A DNA stretch of 64,000 nt from Cyanobacteriota bacterium. GTDB lineage: Bacteria > Cyanobacteriota > Cyanobacteriia > Cyanobacteriales > Nostocaceae. The stretch spans positions 32,001 through 96,000 of the forward strand of contig JBJOKS010000022.1 of NCBI GenBank assembly GCA_046045965.1. Direction: 5' to 3'. Shown one piece after another: positions 10,098 to 18,321 of this stretch (positions are counted from its first letter, which is position 1; each line of letters begins with the position of its first letter). Below the pieces are notes generated by a model that did not search any database, was not told where the DNA came from, and saw only the letters and a list, made by a program, of their open reading frames with translations. The translations under genes were made by a program, and so were the position numbers.

Positions 10098-10379
10098 GCG
10101 GGGATAGCAGGTGTCTATGCTTTCCCAAAAGCTTCGTAATAAAGGTTCTTCTGGAAGTTTTCAATGGCTGTTCAACAGTGCAAGAGTTGTCCTCTTTCTT
10201 CGTGAACATTAAGGATAGTCTTATGATTGCACCTGTTATATACGTTATTGTCGGTTCATGCGGGGTAGCGTTGCTGCGGAGGTCTGGTGACTACCCAAAT
10301 GTACTGAAAGCAGTGCTGGAAGCTAAAAGAAATTCCTGTCGAAGAGTCAACGCTGGGGGTTCGATTCCTCCACCCCGCA
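10098..10379 (+). ncRNA. Putative structured tRNA-like non-coding RNA (not a canonical tRNA)
   Basis: Acceptor-like stem GCGGGGT(10260-66)/ACCCCGC(10372-78) plus A; T-arm GGGGG-TTCGATT-CCTCC (10355-71); stem AGCGTTG/CAACGCT; upstream stem ATAGCAGGTG(10104-13)/CACCTGTTAT(10230-39); own promoter. Confidence 0.7.
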
Positions 10380-10452
10380 CTTTCCATAACATACCTGTAA
10401 AATAGAAGGTTGGGCTAACTAAAGTAAAACCAATAACCTTGCAAGAATGATT

Positions 10453-10502
10453 AAATACGTTAGAATAAGAGATGTATTGCGATATTTAACAATAGTGAAA
10501 TA
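10453..10502 (+). repeat. 50-bp direct repeat, left copy flanking the ATPase-nuclease cassette
   Basis: 42/50 identical to 13091-13140 by manual alignment. Confidence 0.85.
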
Positions 10503-10587
10503 CATATATAAGGTAAAATAATTAAGCAACAATAGCAATAATATTGTCATTAAAAATCAAAAATGATCTCATAAACATAAAAAAGCT

Positions 10588-12039
10588 ATGTATATACGAA
10601 AAATTGAAATTAAAAATCTGTGGGGAAATGATTTTTTATGGACACTCAATGAAGATGTAAATGTTTTGATTGGCAAAAATGGTTCAGGAAAATCAACAAT
10701 ATTACGAATGCTTCATGAAGCAGTATTGCCTGTTGAAGATAGCAAATTAAACTTTAGGTTATTTGACCCCATTGATGAAATAATTATCGAGTTAGAAGAT
10801 GATATTGTCGTCAGAGTTAATAGTGAAAGTAGAAGTATAACGGCAAACAAAGAAATTACTAATTATAAACTGAATATAAACTTTATTAATACTTTTGATG
10901 TCGTTGAAAACGGGTTAAGCTCAGATACCACATTACTTGACTACCAACTTAATAAATTAAAATACGAGTTTGTTACTTATCAAAGAGATTTATCTAATCA
11001 AGTAGAGGAAGAATTTAAAATTAATTTTAAAACAAATAATATTAATGATCAAGCATCAAGAAAAAATCAATTAGATAAAATTGAATCTATCTATGAAACT
11101 AAAAATAAATTCATTAAGATATTAAATCAACTATTTTCTGAGACAGAAAAGAAATTTGATGAAAAGGAATTTCATTTTTTAAAAGAAGGCATACAAACAC
11201 CCATATTACCAGAGGATTTATCATCTGGAGAAAAACAGATATTGATTATTTTATTAACAACATTACTTCAAGATGCCAAAGATTATATATTGTTAATGGA
11301 TGAACCAGAAATATCCGTGCATATTGATTGGCAAAGGAGTTTAATAGCAAATATAAGAGAGATAAATCCAAATTGTCAAATTATTCTTACCACTCATTCA
11401 CCGACTGTTTGGTATCAAGGTTGGATTGAAGAAGTTACGCACATAGAAGATATTCAGTCAACTTCAGATTTAGTAACAGAAAGTACAATTCTCAAAGAAA
11501 AAACTGATCAATTAGGAGAGCGTGTAGAAGAAATAAAAGATATTTTTAGTGGCTTTTCAGGCAACAATTTACGTAAACTTTATCAATTTAATCGCAAAAT
11601 TAATGAATATACTTTATTTACAAAAGATGAATGCCTTCAATTGTTGAAATTTCTAAAAGAAAACAAGATTTATCCTGATGTCATCACATTTACTACTCTT
11701 ATTTCCAAACTCACTAATTATCAAGATGCTAAAGATATTTTCGATTTAATGGAAGCAGAAACTTATAGTAAATCATCTCATGTCAAGCCTAATGATATAA
11801 CTCTTAATACTTTGATCAAAAAAGTCAGTGGAGTTGAAGAAGGTATTGAACTTATTCAAAACATAAATGAAAACATGGAATTGCGTCCTGATATTATCAC
11901 TTTTAGCACGTTGCTTGGGAAAGCAAGAAATATGGATGAGATTACATTTCTTGAAGATGCACGAACTTACTATGGAATTAAAGCAAATAATATATACTTA
12001 AATAAATTAGCTTTTAAGGGGTTTCAGGGAGGACGATAA
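10588..12039 (+). CDS. ABC/AAA_21-type ATPase (PARIS AriA-like) with C-terminal PPR repeats
   Basis: Walker A GKNGSGKS, signature LSSGEKQ, Walker B LLMDEPE, TTHSP; C-terminal PDVITFTTLI / PNDITLNTLI / PDIITFSTLL repeats. Confidence 0.88.
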   Translation: MYIRKIEIKNLWGNDFLWTLNEDVNVLIGKNGSGKSTILRMLHEAVLPVEDSKLNFRLFDPIDEIIIELEDDIVVRVNSESRSITANKEITNYKLNINFINTFDVVENGLSSDTTLLDYQLNKLKYEFVTYQRDLSNQVEEEFKINFKTNNINDQASRKNQLDKIESIYETKNKFIKILNQLFSETEKKFDEKEFHFLKEGIQTPILPEDLSSGEKQILIILLTTLLQDAKDYILLMDEPEISVHIDWQRSLIANIREINPNCQIILTTHSPTVWYQGWIEEVTHIEDIQSTSDLVTESTILKEKTDQLGERVEEIKDIFSGFSGNNLRKLYQFNRKINEYTLFTKDECLQLLKFLKENKIYPDVITFTTLISKLTNYQDAKDIFDLMEAETYSKSSHVKPNDITLNTLIKKVSGVEEGIELIQNINENMELRPDIITFSTLLGKARNMDEITFLEDARTYYGIKANNIYLNKLAFKGFQGGR

Positions 12040-12042
12040 GTA

Positions 12043-13044
12043 ATGAATTTGTATGAAGTAGCTGCCCAAAGAATGCAAGAAGAAGCTCGCTAAAAAAGGT
12101 GTGAAATTTCTGTATTGGTTGAAGATGTTTATGATGAAGAATTTTGGAGACTTATTATTGAAAATGTTAAACCGAATTTAAGAAATAAAATTTATTTCCC
12201 ATATCCCAGTAAGAAAGGAACACGCGGAAAAGATACTTTAAAAAAGTTTAGAGAGTTCGTTAATAAAAAATTTATTATTTGTATTGATAGTGATTGCGAA
12301 TACTTGTACGATAATAATGTTTGGTATATCGCTGACTATATTTACCATACAGTTGTTTATAGTAAAGAAAACTTTCAGTGTAATCATTTTTCATTAAATG
12401 AAATATGCAAAAGTTTAACCACAGAAAACTATGATTTTAGCAGTTTACTTGAAAATATTTCCCGAAGAGTTTCTCCTCTATTTTACGTTTGGTTCTACTT
12501 TAAAGAAATCAACTACAATAATGTTGAGCATCTTATAAATAATGAAGCATTTGCAAGAATTTTAAATTTTCAAGATAGTCAATTCGACAATATTGGAGAT
12601 GAAAATATCTTATTTCAAAATATTGAAGATAGAGTGAAAAATATATTACAAAATCTAAAAAATGTCATGGACAATGATAGTTGGTATGAATCAATATTTA
12701 CAATTGATATTCCTAATATACAAAATCGGTTAATAGAACAATACTCAATACATCCAGAAGATATTTTATCATTTTGCTGTGGACATGGTGTATTAGACCA
12801 ATTTGTTGAACCTTTTATGAGAAAACTCATTACAATATTAAAGAATTTAAAAATAGAAGAAGTAAAACAGGCTTTAAGTGAAGACAAAAATATTGATAAC
12901 ACAATTAGTCGTATCGAAAATATTGCCAGACGAGACATTAAGACTATGTTAAACACCAGTTTAATATATCTCCTTCTTTATAATGCTGTCGAAAATCAAC
13001 AGATGCAAGAAATTAAAGACAAACTAGCTAGAGAACTGAACTAG
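12043..13044 (+). pseudogene. DUF4435/TOPRIM nuclease (PARIS AriB-like) with in-frame TAA at codon 17
   Basis: ATG at 12043 after GGAGG; MNLYEVAAQRMQEEAR*KRCEISVLVEDVYDEEFW continues in frame into the 12115 ORF; motifs VEDxxDxxFW, ICIDSD, HTxxYSKEN, GH. Confidence 0.8.
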
Positions 13045-13090
13045 TGCGATCGTAAAGCGCATCTGCAAGCAGATCGCCCTTAGTTAATGG

Positions 13091-13140
13091 AAATACGTTA
13101 AGATAAGGGATGTAGTGCGGTGTTTAATAATAGTAAAATA
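13091..13140 (+). repeat. 50-bp direct repeat, right copy
   Basis: 42/50 identical to 10453-10502. Confidence 0.85.
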
Positions 13141-13257
13141 TGACAAATCAAGAGTTTTTAAAAGTAGGAATCTTAAAAATGTATCAAAAGGTGGAGATAA
13201 AGTGAAAAGATTCTATCTTTAATTGGATATAGCTTCTGTCTTTAGGGACATTAAACA

Positions 13258-13512
13258 ATGCTGAAAAAGATTAATTCTATAATCTCCAAAAATACTGAAA
13301 TTTTTCAAAAAATAACAGATGAACAAGCAGCTTTTATTAGTGGTGGTATGGAGATACCTGTAGCTCCTGATATACCTTCTATACCTTATGATGTTGGTGA
13401 GCTAACACCTCAAATTCCTAATCTTCCTAATCTTCCGGTTGATCTGCTTAATTCTGTTCCTACTACTTTTCCACTTGATATGAGTTCTTTTGGAGTTCCC
13501 GTAACTGTTTAA
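13258..13512 (+). CDS. Small double-glycine-leader peptide (bacteriocin/RiPP precursor-like)
   Basis: Leader IFQKITDEQAAFISGG followed by a Pro-rich 54-aa core. Confidence 0.65.
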   Translation: MLKKINSIISKNTEIFQKITDEQAAFISGGMEIPVAPDIPSIPYDVGELTPQIPNLPNLPVDLLNSVPTTFPLDMSSFGVPVTV

Positions 13513-13561
13513 ATTTTGCTCCAGCATTAATTTTAGCAACTTACAAAATTTTCAAAAAAGT

Positions 13562-13592
13562 AAACCATCTCACTTGTGTTGATGGTTTTTTT
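13562..13592 (+). terminator. Rho-independent terminator
   Basis: AAACCATC...GATGGTTT followed by a T-run. Confidence 0.65.
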
Positions 13593-13782
13593 ACTTGGCT
13601 TTTTTTACTTGGTAGTTTTTAGTTTTTGTAGGTTGGGTTAAGCAATAGCGTTTAGTTGTAACCTGCATAAATTTTTCCTGATAAATACACTAGCTATCAG
13701 CATTCAGAAGTAAGCTTTTTAACGGTTAAGCTAAAAACTTTATAAAGAAAAGCATTTCTGATACAAACCAGAATAAAAATAA

Positions 13783-14931
13783 TCAACCATTCCCCAAAAA
13801 CTTAGCCTTCATCTCCTCCAATTCTTTATCTACAGCATCGTTATTATTAGGATTATTAGTAGAAACAGAAGATTGTGGTGTCACATTTTGCGGTTGCACC
13901 TTACCACCAGTAAACTGTGTTTTTAATTCCAATAATTCCTTCTCAAGTTGACTAGGAGTTTGAGGAACAACAGCAGGTGGAGAAATAGGAGATTTTTGTT
14001 TAACAGGTTGATTAATAATTGTGGGTGGGATAACTGCGGGAGATTGAATATTTAAATTATTATTTAAATCTTTAAGAACTGCATCAGTTGTTTGATAACG
14101 CTGACTAGGGATAGTTTCTACCATTTTGTCAATAATATTACCCAATTCCTTACTAACCGGACTTTTCAAATATTGTCGCCATACCCAAGCAGCGTTATGG
14201 GTATCATAACTATCAAAAGGCGATCGCACTGTTAACAAATTAATACAAGTTACCCCTAAACTATAAATATCACTGGCAAAAATTGCCCTTCCTCGCATTT
14301 GTTCTGGTGCAACATATTCAGGACTACCAATACTCGTACCTGTGCGATTTAAAGCCTCACCTGCGGTAGATTTTGCCGCTCCAAAATCAACAATTACTAG
14401 TTTATGATCACTACCCCGACGAATAATATTTTCTGGTTTAATATCTCGATGAATTACTTGTTTACCATGACAAAATTGCAACACAGGTAATAAATCATTT
14501 AATAATTGTCGAATCTGAATTTCATTAAAAGCACCTCTATTTGCTAATTCCTGAGCCAAATTTAGCCCATCAATAAATTCTTGGACTAAATACTGTCTGT
14601 CATCTTGAGTACAATAAGCCAACAGTGCGGGAATTTGCGGATGTTGTCCCAAATCATCCAACTGTACTGCTTCCTGGTTAAATAACTCTATCGCTTTTTG
14701 TACCGTATTTGTACCTTGAGCTTGGGGAAAAAATTGCTTAATTACACAGGTAGGTTTTGAGGGTTTATCCTCATCCACCGCTAAAAAAGTTCTCCCAAAA
14801 CCACCTTGTCCAATGGGTTTAATAGCGCGGTAACGTTCTTTTAACAGTAACTTAGTACCGCAAGTTAGACAAAACTTGACATCATCAGGGTTTTCCGGTT
14901 TAGAACAATGGGGGTTAAGACAGTAACTCAT
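13783..14931 (-). CDS. Ser/Thr protein kinase with N-terminal 4-Cys motif
   Basis: MSYCLNPHC..CLTCG, GQGGFG, HRDIKPEN, DFG, APE. Confidence 0.95.
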   Translation of the reverse strand: MSYCLNPHCSKPENPDDVKFCLTCGTKLLLKERYRAIKPIGQGGFGRTFLAVDEDKPSKPTCVIKQFFPQAQGTNTVQKAIELFNQEAVQLDDLGQHPQIPALLAYCTQDDRQYLVQEFIDGLNLAQELANRGAFNEIQIRQLLNDLLPVLQFCHGKQVIHRDIKPENIIRRGSDHKLVIVDFGAAKSTAGEALNRTGTSIGSPEYVAPEQMRGRAIFASDIYSLGVTCINLLTVRSPFDSYDTHNAAWVWRQYLKSPVSKELGNIIDKMVETIPSQRYQTTDAVLKDLNNNLNIQSPAVIPPTIINQPVKQKSPISPPAVVPQTPSQLEKELLELKTQFTGGKVQPQNVTPQSSVSTNNPNNNDAVDKELEEMKAKFLGNG

Positions 14932-15070
14932 AGGGTGTTCGCGCTTACTTATACTTATTGTTTACTTATTGTTTATTGTGCCTTGTACTTTGTTAAATGT
15001 TAATTGTTAAGATTATTGAAGAAAGGCATAGTTTAACAAAATAGTATCAACAAACTGGATTTTGATAATC

Positions 15071-16471
15071 ATGGAAAATCAATTTTCTTGGACTCAACAA
15101 TGGTATCCTATTAGTCCCATCAGTTATTTAGATCCTACTCAACCTACTCCTGTCAACCTGCTGGGTAAAAAATTGGTAATTTGGAGAGATAAAAATCAAA
15201 ACTGGGTGGTAATGGATGATGCTTGTCCTCATAAGTTAGCGCGTCTATCTCTGGGAAAAATCAATGCAGATGGAATGTTGATGTGTAGACATCATGGTTG
15301 GTGTTTTAACAGTGAGGGAAAATGTACAAAAATTCCCATGTTAGCAGGTAGTGAAGCAGAAGAAACAGCTTGTAAAAGTGAGCGATCGCAAGTTACAACC
15401 TATCCCACACAAGTAGCACAAAACTTACTTTGGGTATGGCCTGATCATAGTTTAACAGCATTTACAGATTGTACATCTAAACAACCAGCCACCATCCCAG
15501 AAACAGAACTGGATCTTAATGCCACAGATTGGTATATGTTTGAAGCACCAGTCGGTTATACAGTATCAGTTGAAAGTAGTTTTGATCCTTCCCATGCTCA
15601 ATTTTTACATGAAGGAATTGGTAGTTTTTCACCAGAAAAAACCGTACCCATCCAGCAGTTTGAAAATATCGGAGAAATCACAGTTCAAGGAGGTTTTACC
15701 CTCAAACATAGCGGTTATAATCTTGCAAATAAAGATATGGAAGCTATGCGGAAATTTACACCACCTTCTGCAAATACGACTATATATAAATATCCTAATG
15801 GCAAAAGCAACCTATTTCAATTATATTTTGTGCCGACAAAACCAGGTTATTGTCGCTACATTGTCAAGTTTATAACTGGGATGAATTCTAGTTCTAAGAA
15901 TCTGTTTTTTAATTTGCTTCCCCAATATTTTCAAACGGGATTACAACATATATCTGGTTACAAACTTGGTGATCAAGATTTAGCCATGATGCACTCTCAA
16001 GAAACCCTGGAATCATCAATAAAAAAACCTTGGCAAAAAGCTTATTTTATGCCAGCTAAATCTGATGTAGGTGTAGTCACTTTTAGGAAATGGTTAGATG
16101 AATTTGCTGGAGGTAGTCCCGCTTGGTCAGGAGATATAAAAGCTAGTTTTCAAGAATTAGATGATCAGCAATTATTTGATAGATGGAACAGACACACAAA
16201 ACATTGTCCTAGTTGTCGTAATTCATTAATGTTGATAGAAAAAGCGCAAAGAATTTGTAATATCAGCACTGTAGTTTTTGCAATATTGGCATTACTGTTA
16301 ATTATTATCGGTGTCCCTGTACAATTAGCAGTGATATCTACAATTATTGCTGTTGTTAGTTCCTTAGCATTTTATTTATTAGATGATTTGAGACATCGTT
16401 TTTTAAGCAGTGTTCCCAAACGGGGTATACCTTGGCTAAAGCTGTATGAAAATCAGGTAAAACTTGGATAA
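15071..16471 (+). CDS. Rieske 2Fe-2S oxygenase, pheophorbide a oxygenase-like
   Basis: CPH...CRHHGW Rieske motif, DPSHAQFLH iron site, HTKHCPSC, C-terminal TM helices. Confidence 0.9.
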   Translation: MENQFSWTQQWYPISPISYLDPTQPTPVNLLGKKLVIWRDKNQNWVVMDDACPHKLARLSLGKINADGMLMCRHHGWCFNSEGKCTKIPMLAGSEAEETACKSERSQVTTYPTQVAQNLLWVWPDHSLTAFTDCTSKQPATIPETELDLNATDWYMFEAPVGYTVSVESSFDPSHAQFLHEGIGSFSPEKTVPIQQFENIGEITVQGGFTLKHSGYNLANKDMEAMRKFTPPSANTTIYKYPNGKSNLFQLYFVPTKPGYCRYIVKFITGMNSSSKNLFFNLLPQYFQTGLQHISGYKLGDQDLAMMHSQETLESSIKKPWQKAYFMPAKSDVGVVTFRKWLDEFAGGSPAWSGDIKASFQELDDQQLFDRWNRHTKHCPSCRNSLMLIEKAQRICNISTVVFAILALLLIIIGVPVQLAVISTIIAVVSSLAFYLLDDLRHRFLSSVPKRGIPWLKLYENQVKLG

Positions 16472-16939
16472 TTTACATATTACTTAGGGTAACATTTATA
16501 CAAGATTAAATATCTTACCCTAGTAATAATATTGAACAAAAATTTTATCCTACCAAAACTTAAACAAGTTTTTATATTAACTTGATATTATCTTTATTTT
16601 TGCAAATTTTTTCTATGTTAAGCTGACCTGCATTACTAGAAACAAAGTACCAAAATTCTTGGAGGTAATATCTTCAAGGTAAAAAGTCAGTTGATGCAAT
16701 TGGTAGGTGATTTGAAATACAAGATAATTTTCCCTGGTCAATTGACATCTAAAACCGCATCTACTCCAGTTTTTTGGTACTTAAACAGGGGCATTTTCTC
16801 AACTTGTGAGCAGTCCAAATAGCTAATGCTCATCAAGTATGAAACACATATCAACATTTTTAGCAGAATGTCTTGAATGATTTAGTAGCTGAAATATCAA
16901 AATTCCATTCACTTTTGCAAAACTATTGAGGGTTAACAG

Positions 16940-17620
16940 ATGGTTCTTACTTTTAGGAAAACAATTCGTGATATTGTATTCAGTAATCGCCAACTAGCAA
17001 AATTGTACTACTCAGTGAGCTTGAGTCAGCCTGTTTTACCACACTGGGTTGGTAATGATTACTACCGCACAAAATCCTCATGGGAATTACAACCGCACCT
17101 CTGTCCATGTGATTTGGAATTAATCGAATATTTGCAAAAGTATAATATTCAAGATCAGACAGTATTTCATTTTGGTACAGGGTCTCATCACATTTTAGGA
17201 TTAGAAAATCAGAAACTTGATAAACCCAATGAAATTATTGGTATTACTGCTTCTATTCCTGAACATGAAGCTTATGTTCAGATGTGTCGTAAAAATCGCC
17301 AATTGGCTAAATTTTACAAGGTACTTTGTACAGATATCTACACTTTAACAGATCGTTCTTTACCGATGTTAGATGTGGCTGCACTCTTTCATATTGGTGA
17401 ATTTTATATGGCTGAAGACGCTCCCTTTGTGCATCATAATGATGAATCAATGGTTGATCTATTTCTCAGAAAATTGAATCCTCACGGGAAAATACTGTTC
17501 TATACACAGTCTGTAGGTTATGCTAAAGCTGAAGAAATCATTGAATCATTTACAGCCCAAGGGAAAATTTATCTAGTTGAAAAATACAAGAGTCTTTTGG
17601 TTTATGCTAAGAGTAAGTAA
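16940..17620 (+). CDS. Hypothetical protein, possible SAM-methyltransferase-like fold
   Basis: 226-aa ORF with GAGGG RBS; VFHFGTG resembles methyltransferase motif I. Confidence 0.7.
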   Translation: MVLTFRKTIRDIVFSNRQLAKLYYSVSLSQPVLPHWVGNDYYRTKSSWELQPHLCPCDLELIEYLQKYNIQDQTVFHFGTGSHHILGLENQKLDKPNEIIGITASIPEHEAYVQMCRKNRQLAKFYKVLCTDIYTLTDRSLPMLDVAALFHIGEFYMAEDAPFVHHNDESMVDLFLRKLNPHGKILFYTQSVGYAKAEEIIESFTAQGKIYLVEKYKSLLVYAKSK

Positions 17621-17692
17621 GTTGAATCAAGCCGTGATGTGATATTAATTTGGAGTATGTAGGCATTCAGTTTATATTTGAATGCTTACATT

Positions 17693-17953
17693 TCAATATC
17701 CAAAGCGTTGATTTAATGGGTGTGCTGCTCGATCTTTCATTACTTCTTCTAGCATAGCGTCTACTGACTCAGGATCATCAGCAAATAATCCCAGTAAACG
17801 GTCCTTTGCTGGTTCTGCTACTGCTAGTTTATCAATTGCATAAGCAACCAACTGTGAAAAGTCTAAATTGTGGGACTTTGCCAAAGTAAGGGCTTTTTCC
17901 AGGGTTTTTTGGTCGAGTTGTAGTTCTATTTTTTCTACGTCACATTTTACCAT
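17693..17953 (-). CDS. Small antitoxin-like (RHH-type) protein
   Basis: KIELQLD...LAKSH...SQLVAYAI pattern and acidic tail LLGLFADDPE. Confidence 0.55.
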   Translation of the reverse strand: MVKCDVEKIELQLDQKTLEKALTLAKSHNLDFSQLVAYAIDKLAVAEPAKDRLLGLFADDPESVDAMLEEVMKDRAAHPLNQRFGY

Positions 17954-18233
17954 GAGCTAAACCCTCCAGTGCAGATGTAAAGGCTTCTATACTAACCATT
18001 TTAGACTGAGTAAGTGCAACCTCAGCAGATTGACCTAAAACCATATCTTCTAATTCATTCAGCCGATGAATTAATTGTTGGTAGCTTTGGGCTGAGATAA
18101 TTACATGACTAGGGCGTGATTGTTTGGTGAGTAGAACTGGCTCAGTAGTGGCTTTGTCAAAAACTTCTCCGTGTTGATTGCGAGCATCTGTGAAAGTGTA
18201 GGTTTGTATAGCAATTTTGACTAATTTCGACAT
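17940..18233 (-). CDS. Phd/YefM family antitoxin
   Basis: YTFTDARNQHGEVFDKATTEPVLLTKQSRPSHVIISAQSYQQL; start uncertain. Confidence 0.85.
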   Translation of the reverse strand: MSKLVKIAIQTYTFTDARNQHGEVFDKATTEPVLLTKQSRPSHVIISAQSYQQLIHRLNELEDMVLGQSAEVALTQSKMVSIEAFTSALEGLAHGKM

Positions 18234-18321
18234 TTTGGCTATATTTATTTTAGCAGATGCGATCGCATAACTATAGTCAATGTAGAGATGCAAGTATTAT
18301 TTCATCAATGGGCTGCTAACT

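Noticed and set aside
10098..10379. Canonical tRNA, tRNA-Sec or tmRNA
   Set aside because: No D-arm or 7-nt anticodon loop and no UCA anticodon arm; no G3:U70 pair or tmRNA 5' motif
10178..10405. 75-aa ORF
   Set aside because: No recognisable motif; it overlaps the tRNA-like structure, and its GGSIPPPR is simply the translated T-arm
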